A stretch of 64,000 bases of DNA from contig CAVRAL010000001.1 of NCBI GenBank assembly GCA_963719085.1, positions 1,120,001-1,184,000 on the forward strand. Reading direction: 5' to 3'. Source of the stretch: a candidate division FCPU426 bacterium (GTDB taxonomy: Bacteria; Oederibacteriota; Muellerivitia; Muellerivitales; Muellerivitaceae). Shown here piece after piece: positions 36,101 through 43,480 of the stretch (the stretch's first letter is position 1; every line of letters begins with the position of its first letter). Position numbers and translations under genes: made by a program. The notes under the pieces are model-generated. The model had not been told where the DNA came from. It saw only the letters and a list, made by a program, of their open reading frames with translations, and searched no databases.

Positions 36101-37171
36101 CAATGTAAAAACACTAAATGAATTAGAACCAATGGGAGAAACAACATAATTGTAGTAACTATAAGAAGCGTTCAAGTTACTAGGAATTCTTTGGATTTGT
36201 GACACAGGTAAACTAAGTCCCTCGGAATTATAGTTCGATGGGGCGTCATCAAAAACAATCGTATCCCCAGCCGAATTCGTTATTTGTTTTAATCGATTGC
36301 TCGTGTTGCTTTGCCAATAGGAATAGGTATCAACGTTGATTAAACCGTCATCATAAGGGTTCGAAGTAACCGGGGTTGAAGCAATCGCACCGCTGGGATT
36401 GTCATAATATGAAAAATTAATTGTCCAATTACTATTTGGCCCGTTCACGCTAGTAATTCTTACCGTTGAATATGAATTTGAATTGTTATAGGTGTTCTGA
36501 ACTTGCGCCCCATTCCAAACAGTCACCGCAACATTTTGGTAAAAAAATGTACATGGACCATAGTTAACCGTCGCTTCATTTCCATTTAAATCATCCATTT
36601 TTATCAAACGGGCAATATTCGGTTCTCCACCATTCAAGACAGTAAATTTTGATATATACCCGTACTTATCAGTAAGGACGTAGGTGATAGGGCTACTTCC
36701 AGCTTGAATTTGTAATTGATAAAAACATCCAGGTGGAGTTGTAAATGTATTTCCACCATCCAAGGTCAAAAAATTGTAAGTTTGATGCGGAGTTACCAAA
36801 ACAGCATTTTGTCCACCACTAATAGTCATCGGCAAGTACAAACAAGTATCATAATTAGACATCCAATTTGCACCCAATTCACCGTTTGGCGATGTAATAC
36901 CATTATGGAAATATCTTTCATACTTCAGAGGAAAACCATTACGGTTATAATTAAAATCTGTTACGGTCGCATAAGCGTCGCCGTTAAAAGTATTAACATT
37001 GACACCGGTACTATTTTGACCCGGTTTAGACCCATCGCCCTGAACTCCAGTAGCATCAACCGCATCGGGGCTATTTATTAAATCGGTCCCATCATTTATC
37101 AACGGTGGTTCTTGCGCGCGTGAAACACAGGTGATTAAAAAAAAGAATAAAAATAATGCTTTCGTTTTCAA
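33155..37171 (-). CDS. Rhs/YD-repeat protein with Sec-type signal peptide and hydrophobic Gly-rich C-terminal domain
   Basis: MKTKALFLFFFLITCVSRAQ; DUF6531-like start (VNTFNG..LKYERYF..LGANWMSNYD); YDxxGN repeats; core RWYDPQIGRFISRDP..NLYVYCKNNPLNANDPTG. Confidence 0.93.
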   Translation of the reverse strand: MKTKALFLFFFLITCVSRAQEPPLINDGTDLINSPDAVDATGVQGDGSKPGQNSTGVNVNTFNGDAYATVTDFNYNRNGFPLKYERYFHNGITSPNGELGANWMSNYDTCLYLPMTISGGQNAVLVTPHQTYNFLTLDGGNTFTTPPGCFYQLQIQAGSSPITYVLTDKYGYISKFTVLNGGEPNIARLIKMDDLNGNEATVNYGPCTFFYQNVAVTVWNGAQVQNTYNNSNSYSTVRITSVNGPNSNWTINFSYYDNPSGAIASTPVTSNPYDDGLINVDTYSYWQSNTSNRLKQITNSAGDTIVFDDAPSNYNSEGLSLPVSQIQRIPSNLNASYSYYNYVVSPIGSNSFSVFTLRKFQDPMAPVGARNLTYVSESGTNSTINPVRQIKDALGRIIYSYDYSTDSLGNHLCSTSGPYGLIETDVYGPNGAWNQKRFDIDGRPYVESYTWNENFLETNIVDGNGNPTTMAYDSLGNEIYEMDAEGNQEYSSYNSRSEITYHQDKNQVTSSYLYDANGNLTQIQQPGKITNFSYVFSNGSLVQKTITDANNHSVISYYDSNGNINEIMSPSIGPPENLPSSTSYSTYNARNLMQTSTDAKNQTKNYYYNNQNAVTEILYPDNTTDTYSYDQDMDKISWKDRNGTISNFSYDANDRLTDVYQSQISNYSGSVIHTQFGLDPLGNTISLLDGKNQKTTFLYNEQNLLKYSMDSEGVGFTNTFNGAMKVISTIDQSGVVKTINYYRNNRIKLIQFSDGTPSIYYSYDGNGNRTGMTDGSGQKIYVYDPLNNLVSINDVSRNYVVHYSYDSVGNCISENNNKITGVIYHSYYENNTLRSTTDVDGMGTTFIYDALNNLQNVNYPNGATAVYFYDYTNHTGRLTSLQNIDSEGDLLTNQNYTYDAVGNVLSANDLTGTTTYSYDNRYELIQASYPGSEGTVKYTYDNAGNRTSETQNGITQTYFYTSGNQLASISGSSGESFSYDARGNIKSKSAGYSYNWDALNRMVKAVTPNGAITYIYDGDNFRIAKLSSGVTINYFYDRSKVAFETDGSGKVIKSFIDSTSFKDQNNNKFYYLFNGHGDVVGLMDNFQNLVNSYSYDAFGQSLGIKNDNNNKRYVGNYDVYSDDDVGLEYMQNRWYDPQIGRFISRDPNWIFGGFNLYVYCKNNPLNANDPTGKGTPIEAILGVIYGAIVGLINGVSGAQYGDLFDKIVGGIVGLVTGGIVGGWAGLTDPTFGTVLLFGGLAALNNFIGQSLTSLTNGRPISWTSFGIAGIGGGLSFGVGGLTYAQAISSGLDSVGATIFGGWLASGSVDGTQLWIQESIDPNNPNRNPNYNQIFNSLP

Positions 37172-37974
37172 GGATTACCCACTTGGAACGAATTCGAGGG
37201 TTTACTTTTCAATCTTTGTTGCGCAAGTGAAATAAACCTGGGCCGACTATTGATTTTGGTGAAGGCACCCGTTTCTTTATATGAAATCAATTCCGTCTCT
37301 TCTTGGATCCGGGCATTATCGGGCCCAGCAATACTTTTAACCTCCTTAACCAAACCTAATACCGGAACATCTTTTGACCACCAAACCTGTTTAGATAAAA
37401 CGTTTGATGACTTTTGAGTTTTAAGATTAAAATTTGAGGCACTAAAGTTTCCCGCAACAACCTGAATCTCTTGGCTCTCAGTAACAGAATATTCATAACG
37501 AGAAATTGGCTTGCTTGAACTTACACTTACGGAATCCGAGGGAATTTCAAATTCATTGGTTGAATTAAATTTCTTATCATTTCCCAGAATGATTTGTTGG
37601 ATTAATCTTTTAGGCTTCAAAACACTGAAATCATCATTTAAAAAAAATTCAAAGGGGATTTCATCGGGACGGAGGATCAATAACTTTTGGAGAATTTTCA
37701 CACCGGAAGATTTATCTTTTTCCATTTCAAACCAAAGGTAATTTTTCCCATCGATGTAATCCTGACCAACAATGGAATATATATCCGTTTCCGAATTAAT
37801 TTCCGTTCCATTAGAAAAGGTTTTGGTCAAAAGAGTAACGGTTTGACCCACAGACCAAGGAGCAATGATGTGATTTGAATTCGTGGCTAGAACCGCACGG
37901 GCCGGAACTAATACCCCTAAAGGGAAATAGCAAAAACAAAGAAATATAATTTTAGATCGAAAATATTTTCTCAA
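37168..37974 (-). CDS. Hypothetical exported protein, translationally coupled to the Rhs gene
   Basis: 268 aa, N-terminal signal-like segment, beta-rich body (IQVVAGNF..VWWSKDVPVLGLVK); stop overlaps the Rhs start (TTGA). Confidence 0.8.
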   Translation of the reverse strand: MRKYFRSKIIFLCFCYFPLGVLVPARAVLATNSNHIIAPWSVGQTVTLLTKTFSNGTEINSETDIYSIVGQDYIDGKNYLWFEMEKDKSSGVKILQKLLILRPDEIPFEFFLNDDFSVLKPKRLIQQIILGNDKKFNSTNEFEIPSDSVSVSSSKPISRYEYSVTESQEIQVVAGNFSASNFNLKTQKSSNVLSKQVWWSKDVPVLGLVKEVKSIAGPDNARIQEETELISYKETGAFTKINSRPRFISLAQQRLKSKPSNSFQVGNP

Positions 37975-38195
37975 AATAAATCCTAAAATTGTTTAGGCTG
38001 AAAACTAATTTCAAAACATCAAAATATTAAAATAAATATAAATCAATTTGACAAAAACGACAATAATATTGTTTAATTATTTAGGCATAAGGATTTTTAT
38101 AATTATTTTAATTAGGCATTATTTTCTTAGTGAATTAGCCTTTTTTTAAGCCTATTCTTCCTGAGGCTAGGGGTTAATTTTTATGGAGGGCAACA

Positions 38196-38567
38196 ATGAA
38201 GAAAAGTAATAGATTTTGCTTCTTGCTAATTGCCTTTTTATTCGGTTTTCACAACTTCGCTTTTTCAAATTCCTACGCTGGCGGTAAATCAAATTTTAAC
38301 AACTACCCTCTTTTACACCAAATCCACACCCGGATTAGAATCCAAACCAGAGATATTAAATTAGGTTTGAAAAACCACAGCATCACAAAAATTACCGCAA
38401 AAAATATTAAGCTTAGTCTTTTACAAGTGAAAAAACAGGAACTGGCTTATTTAAAGCTCAACGGGAATCAGGACTTAAATTCCGCCCAGCAAGATCAACT
38501 CAACCAATTACTTAATAAGAATTCATCCCAGTTAGGCGAAACTTCTTCATCGATTAATCAGCCTTAA
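38196..38567 (+). CDS. Small hypothetical exported helical protein
   Basis: GGAGG RBS, signal peptide, Gln/Leu/Asn-rich helical body. Confidence 0.7.
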   Translation: MKKSNRFCFLLIAFLFGFHNFAFSNSYAGGKSNFNNYPLLHQIHTRIRIQTRDIKLGLKNHSITKITAKNIKLSLLQVKKQELAYLKLNGNQDLNSAQQDQLNQLLNKNSSQLGETSSSINQP

Positions 38568-39377
38568 AGTTTTGCAATTCATTATTTTCTTATAATAAAC
38601 AAACCGTTCAAAATGAAAAGTGACGCCATGGGTAACGATTAGGTAATCGTGAATTATTGTGACAAGAGTCCGGGCATCCATGCTGATTTTCGGAGTTAAG
38701 TCACGATTTCCCACCGCGCCTTCGAGACTTTCCAAAATGATTTTTCGAAAAATGATTCCAGCCACCTCAAACTCCAAAGCCTTTTAAGATTTTTTTTGCG
38801 TGTGCGGCCGTTTTGTCCGCATCTTCCTCACTCATGCAAACACAATCCCAAATATGGTTCCAAAGATCCATAAAGTCACTTAAAAATATTTTTAAGTTCT
38901 TTCTCTAATATTTTCGGAAATAGTGGGTCGCTTCTTATTGGCTCTCCAACAGTGGCCTCCCCTGCAATCAACCCCATGGGGTGACACCTATGGCAAGTGT
39001 GGACAAGCGAAGGTATGAGCCGCAGTGCATCATATTTTTTTCGAATAAAGAACATTCCGCCAAAGGGCGAGTCAGACTACAAACCCAAAGAACAAGATGG
39101 TAAGCTTTTCCAAACGGTCAGGGCGACGATGGGCAACATCCGCCGAAACGACGCCCATGCTGCCAATTTTATAATGAAAAAAGTATCGCTAGGCCGTTTA
39201 AAAAAGTTTTACAAAAATTCCCCTGAACCGGAAGAATTAAATGAGGTTGACTATTTCAAAAGTACCAGGCGCAAAGAATTGATTTCCATTAAACAAAAAA
39301 ACCTGAACCATATCAGAGTCTTTTATCGTGCGGTGTTCCCTCCACTTCGTTTCAGGAATCCACCAATCTCTCCTTAA

Positions 39378-39423
39378 CAAAAAAGCCGAGCAATACGCTA
39401 GTCAGCGTATTGCTCGGCTTTTG
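39378..39423 (-). terminator. Stem-loop downstream of tRNA-Leu
   Basis: AAAAGCCGAGCAATACGCT-AGTC-AGCGTATTGCTCGGCTTTT inverted repeat. Confidence 0.8.
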
Positions 39424-39430
39424 ACGAGAT

Positions 39431-39517
39431 TGGTGCCCGAGGTCGGACTTGAACCGACATGAGGTTGCCCTCGATAGATTTTGAGTCTATTGCGTCTGCC
39501 AATTTCGCCACTCGGGC
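39431..39517 (-). tRNA. tRNA-Leu (CAA)
   Basis: GCCCGAG TGGCGAAATTGGCAGACGC A ATAGA-CTCAAAA-TCTAT, long variable arm, GGTTCAAGTCC T-arm, CTCGGGC-A-CCA. Confidence 0.97.
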
Positions 39518-39629
39518 AGCGAAACAAAGGACCGCGGCCCTCCGACTGGCGCAGGGCGCGGGAAGGGTATTTTAGGCAACCCCTCTCCAATGTCAAGAAG
39601 GTCTTACGCGGCCGAGGGGAGATTCCGGA

Positions 39630-40718
39630 TCAATTTCCCCAAATATTCCACCAGGATTTTTTCGATAAAGTCGGCGAGCGATAAACACTTCGCGCGTCCC
39701 CGCCCAATAGCCACATTCGATCCTGAAAAACCACGCACTGGCGGGCCATTCCCGAATCAAAATTGGACCGGGGCGCGACGCAAGTCCACTGCGCGCCATC
39801 CGGGCTGTTCCAAACATCCTGGGGCATAACGAAATTTCCCAAATCGCCGCCGATGACCCAAATCTTGTCCCCGAATACGACCGAGGCAAAATCCACGCGT
39901 CCCTTGAGGGGCGTGGAATCAACCACCTCGTTCCAATGCACGCCATCCGAGGTGGCCCAACTGTCATCCAACAGGTCATCGTAAGTGTTATAAAACCCGC
40001 CGCGGATCCAAAGCTGGTCCTTGAAGACAAAACTCGGGAATACGCGCCTGGGCTTGAAGGAAGCGGCGGTCACCGCGCAAGACCAATTCTTGCCGTCATC
40101 CGAAACCCAAACGTCGTTTTTAACCCCGCCGGCTCCCGTTCCCCCGATCAACCAAAGGCGGTCCTTGTAGACCGCGACCGCTTGCTGGGTCCGTCCTCCA
40201 AATCCCGCCTCGTCGGTCACCAAGTCCCAGTTTTTTCCGTCGACGGAGCTGTAAACATCCCCCTGGCTGCCGCCGGCGACGGCCCATAGCTTCCCATTGA
40301 AAACCACGGCGCTCCAAGCCGACAACTGTTCGGATCCGATGTGATCGGTGACCTCGGTCCAATTTTTACCATCCGGGCTGTTCCAGACATCCTGCGACCC
40401 GATTCCACCCAGCACCCACAACTGGTCCTGGTAAACCAAAACATTCAGGTCCCGCCTCGAGCCAAAGGGCGCGTCGTCAGTGACTTCTTCCCAATAACTG
40501 CCGAGCGGCCCGCTGGCGGAGACCGGGGCGGGCGAAGGCTGAAGACTGTGGAAAGTCGTGGTCAATTTCCGCGGATGGAGCGAAGGAATCTTGGCCCAAA
40601 TCAAGACCACAAAAAGAAGAATCAACGAAAGCGCCGCGAAGTTCATCCAAAGTAAGAACTGAAGGTTGGAACGAGGGGGTTCCGGCGCGGAGGGTAAAGA
40701 ATTTTCATCCAGACTCAT
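39630..40718 (-). CDS. Membrane-anchored Kelch-like/Asp-box beta-propeller protein
   Basis: N-terminal TM then LWVLGG and WxSxDGxNW repeats. Confidence 0.85.
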   Translation of the reverse strand: MSLDENSLPSAPEPPRSNLQFLLWMNFAALSLILLFVVLIWAKIPSLHPRKLTTTFHSLQPSPAPVSASGPLGSYWEEVTDDAPFGSRRDLNVLVYQDQLWVLGGIGSQDVWNSPDGKNWTEVTDHIGSEQLSAWSAVVFNGKLWAVAGGSQGDVYSSVDGKNWDLVTDEAGFGGRTQQAVAVYKDRLWLIGGTGAGGVKNDVWVSDDGKNWSCAVTAASFKPRRVFPSFVFKDQLWIRGGFYNTYDDLLDDSWATSDGVHWNEVVDSTPLKGRVDFASVVFGDKIWVIGGDLGNFVMPQDVWNSPDGAQWTCVAPRSNFDSGMARQCVVFQDRMWLLGGDARSVYRSPTLSKKSWWNIWGN

Positions 40719-40816
40719 AAAATGGCTCCAAAATAAAATTTAAATACCGAAACACCATACCTAACATAATTTAATCGAATTTTGAAAATGCCACAATTCA
40801 GAAAAGCGCTTGCCCG

Positions 40817-41797
40817 CTATAAACTTTCCCAAAACTCCCGGAGATCTTCCGAAAACGCGTCTTCCAACAGCAGCGGCTTTCCCGTGGCCGGGTGGCGCAG
40901 CTCAAGTTTGAACGCGTGCAAGGCCGTCCGGGGTAAAAGCACCCGCGCTTTCACCCACTCGTCAAAATCATGCTCATAAAAATGCAAAAAAACCTCGTCG
41001 TTTCCCGCGTACAGCTTGTCGCCCACAATGGGAAACCCCAAATGTTCCAAATGCACACGGATCTGATGGGTGCGGCCGGTAAGCGGACGGACTTCAATCA
41101 ATGAGACGGCTCGCCCCCCGCCCCGGGACAAAACCTTTGTCTGTAAAAGTTTGAACTCGGTGATCGAAGGCTTGCCCTTCTCCAAATCCACTCCGCCCTT
41201 CATGCGGATCACCCCGCCCCGGGCGTCTTGGATGGGCGCGTCCACGATGGCCCGCCCTTCCGGAAAAGCGCCGAATACAATCGCCCGGTAGGTTTTTTGA
41301 ACGGTTCCCTTTTCCCATTGCCGGACCAACGAGGTCAAAGACGTCTTGTCCTTGGCCAAAAGCAGGACCCCGCTGGTTTCGGAATCCAGGCGGTGCGCCA
41401 GGTGATAACCTTGCGCTTCCGGGCGGTCTTTTCGAAGCAAGGACATAAGCGTGTTCTGAAAATAAGCGCCGATGGCGTGGACCGGCAGGGGCGCGGGCTT
41501 GGAGACGGCCAGCAAAGCCTCATCCTCATAAATAATTTTATAATGGGGATTCACCGCCGGTTCTTCCCAGGAGCTCGTGGTGTAGGCCACCTCATCCCCG
41601 GCCCGCAAGGGCTGGCCCTCGGAAGCGGCGCGGCCATTGACCTGAACCTTGCCGGTTTGGATGCGCTCTTGCCACTCGGCCTCACTGTGATAAGCGAAGC
41701 GCTTGGCCAGATATTGAAGCAGGGTCTGGGAACTTTTCTGGCTGATGTAGGAAGTGAGGGTGACTTCAGGCTGGGAAGCTTGCGGATTATTTTTCAT
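40817..41797 (-). CDS. RluA-family pseudouridine synthase with S4 domain
   Basis: HRLDSETSG, TGRTHQIRVH, PIVGDKLY, ALHA; start placed at ATG 41797. Confidence 0.93.
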   Translation of the reverse strand: MKNNPQASQPEVTLTSYISQKSSQTLLQYLAKRFAYHSEAEWQERIQTGKVQVNGRAASEGQPLRAGDEVAYTTSSWEEPAVNPHYKIIYEDEALLAVSKPAPLPVHAIGAYFQNTLMSLLRKDRPEAQGYHLAHRLDSETSGVLLLAKDKTSLTSLVRQWEKGTVQKTYRAIVFGAFPEGRAIVDAPIQDARGGVIRMKGGVDLEKGKPSITEFKLLQTKVLSRGGGRAVSLIEVRPLTGRTHQIRVHLEHLGFPIVGDKLYAGNDEVFLHFYEHDFDEWVKARVLLPRTALHAFKLELRHPATGKPLLLEDAFSEDLREFWESL

Positions 41798-43076
41798 GGC
41801 GTTTGCCCGCGGAAGCTGGAACGCAAAACCACACGGCGGCCTGGGCCAACCCCAGAGCCAAGAAAGACCAACGCAAACCCCTATCACCATAAATTTTTTG
41901 GGCCCCCAGAAACAGGAGCAGGCCCGTTACCCGGCCGATTCCCAACGGCAATTCCCGGATAGCCAGATACTCGAGCCGGCGCTTCTTGCCCTCAAAGGCC
42001 CCGTCGATGACGGAAAGCGAAGCCGCGCTGAAGGAGATTTGAAACCAGCTCACCCCCACCGAATTAAGGACCGCGAAAACGATCAGCGCCGCCAAGTCCA
42101 TGCGCCAGGTCAAGAGCGCGCTGGCGGCGCCCATGAGCAGGCAGGAGGCCAAGACCCCGAAATCCCGGTTCTTCGGCCCCACCCACTTGGCCAAAAGATA
42201 AGAGGCGATGACCGCCAGTAGGTTGGATCCCATGCCGTAGGTCCCCACCACCCATTCGTCCCGGAAAAGCTGATAGATGAAAAGGCCGGTGGCGAACCAA
42301 AAAACCCCGTTGCGCACACCCCAAAGAAAATAGCCCGCCATCAACTTGTTCCAATCCGGATTGGAAGGGTGAACAAGTGTCCGCCAATAAAGGAACCGGC
42401 CCCGATGGGGCCTCACCTTCAACCGGGAACTTTCAAAAATAAGCGCCAGATAAGCCATCAGCGTCACCAGAAAGACGGCATGGTAGCCGTTGAAGAGCCA
42501 CCCTTTCTCAAGGGATAACCGGTTCAGGTGGAAAATAACCCAACCCGCCAGGGCCGGGGCCAGAATGCGGAAAACCGAGGACAATACCAGCGACACGGAA
42601 AAGAAATAGTCCCGCCGCTTGGAATGCACCAATTCAAAGGTCAAGGCGTGTTGGCCCAGGTAATAAAAGCCGATGCCGCCACCCGCCAAAAGCCCCAATA
42701 TCCAGGGATGCTGGGTGGAGTTGTCCCGCCAAACCAGCACCCAAAAATAAAGCAAAGCGTTGAAGACGAAACCCAGCTGGTAACTGCGCAGGTAGCTGAA
42801 ACGCCGGGCGAGGTAGCCGCCTCCCGTGAAAGCCGGGATGATGAAAATAAATTGGGACAAATTGAAAAGCCCTACGACTTTCCAGTCGTTGCCTTGGCGG
42901 AAAAGGAAGACATTCACGAAAACGCTGGAAAGGGCGTAGGTGAAGTCATAGAGCCCGATCATCCAAACCAGCTTGCGCTCGGGCGCCGACAGGCGGCCGG
43001 CGAAATGATTGAGGAACCAACCTGGGCTGATCCAAGCCGGAAATTTAGGTCGGGTAGAGGGGAAAGCTTTTTTCAC
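41787..43076 (-). CDS. MFS transporter (YqgE-like)
   Basis: About 12 TM; LSSVFVNVFLF and EYLAIRELPLGIGR motifs. Confidence 0.8.
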   Translation of the reverse strand: MKKAFPSTRPKFPAWISPGWFLNHFAGRLSAPERKLVWMIGLYDFTYALSSVFVNVFLFRQGNDWKVVGLFNLSQFIFIIPAFTGGGYLARRFSYLRSYQLGFVFNALLYFWVLVWRDNSTQHPWILGLLAGGGIGFYYLGQHALTFELVHSKRRDYFFSVSLVLSSVFRILAPALAGWVIFHLNRLSLEKGWLFNGYHAVFLVTLMAYLALIFESSRLKVRPHRGRFLYWRTLVHPSNPDWNKLMAGYFLWGVRNGVFWFATGLFIYQLFRDEWVVGTYGMGSNLLAVIASYLLAKWVGPKNRDFGVLASCLLMGAASALLTWRMDLAALIVFAVLNSVGVSWFQISFSAASLSVIDGAFEGKKRRLEYLAIRELPLGIGRVTGLLLFLGAQKIYGDRGLRWSFLALGLAQAAVWFCVPASAGKRHEK

Positions 43077-43150
43077 AAAAGCATTATTATCAAAACCAAC
43101 ACAAAAAGCTTACAGAAAACCCCATCCACCGGGAGCGTGAACGGGCCTCA

Positions 43151-43345
43151 TTAATCCTCATCCACCAATACGAACTCTTCTTTCGGGGCGCCGCAATTGG
43201 GACATTTTTCATGGATCCCTTCTTTGCGGGGCATCAATTCGCCGCAGCGCAGGCATTTCCATAGAATCTCAACCTTATCGGCGTTGGCGTCATACTTGTA
43301 ATTATCCGGCGGCGTTTCACCGGGGGTCGGGGGAATGTCGGGCAC
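43151..43345 (-). CDS. Rubredoxin-like small metal-binding protein
   Basis: WKCLRCG...CPNCGAPKEEF; AAAGGA RBS. Confidence 0.8.
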   Translation of the reverse strand: MPDIPPTPGETPPDNYKYDANADKVEILWKCLRCGELMPRKEGIHEKCPNCGAPKEEFVLVDED

Positions 43346-43480
43346 GATAGGTTCCTTTCACGGCGAATAAATCGTTTCGTCAGCATGGGCGGGGTGGGTG
43401 AAAAAGGTCAAGACGGAGGACAAAAATATTCTCCGTGCCCAAGTCCCCTCCTCGGTGAAAGGGAAATAAAAATGGCGCGG

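Larger units (their letters stand above)
19325..39430. mobile_element. AT-rich genomic island integrated at tRNA-Leu(CAA); no integrase recognised
   Basis: Bounded by the direct repeats above; visibly AT-rich relative to both flanks; contains an IS remnant and Rhs/adhesin genes. Confidence 0.85.

Noticed and set aside
33155..37171. Type VI secretion effector locus
   Set aside because: No PAAR, VgrG, Hcp or Eag chaperone recognised, and the Rhs starts with a signal-peptide-like segment.
38997..39377. ORF next to the tRNA as the island integrase
   Set aside because: No tyrosine- or serine-recombinase motifs and too short; not called as a gene.
41798..41890. Longer start for the pseudouridine synthase
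   Set aside because: It overlaps the end of the MFS gene; ATG 41797 fits better.
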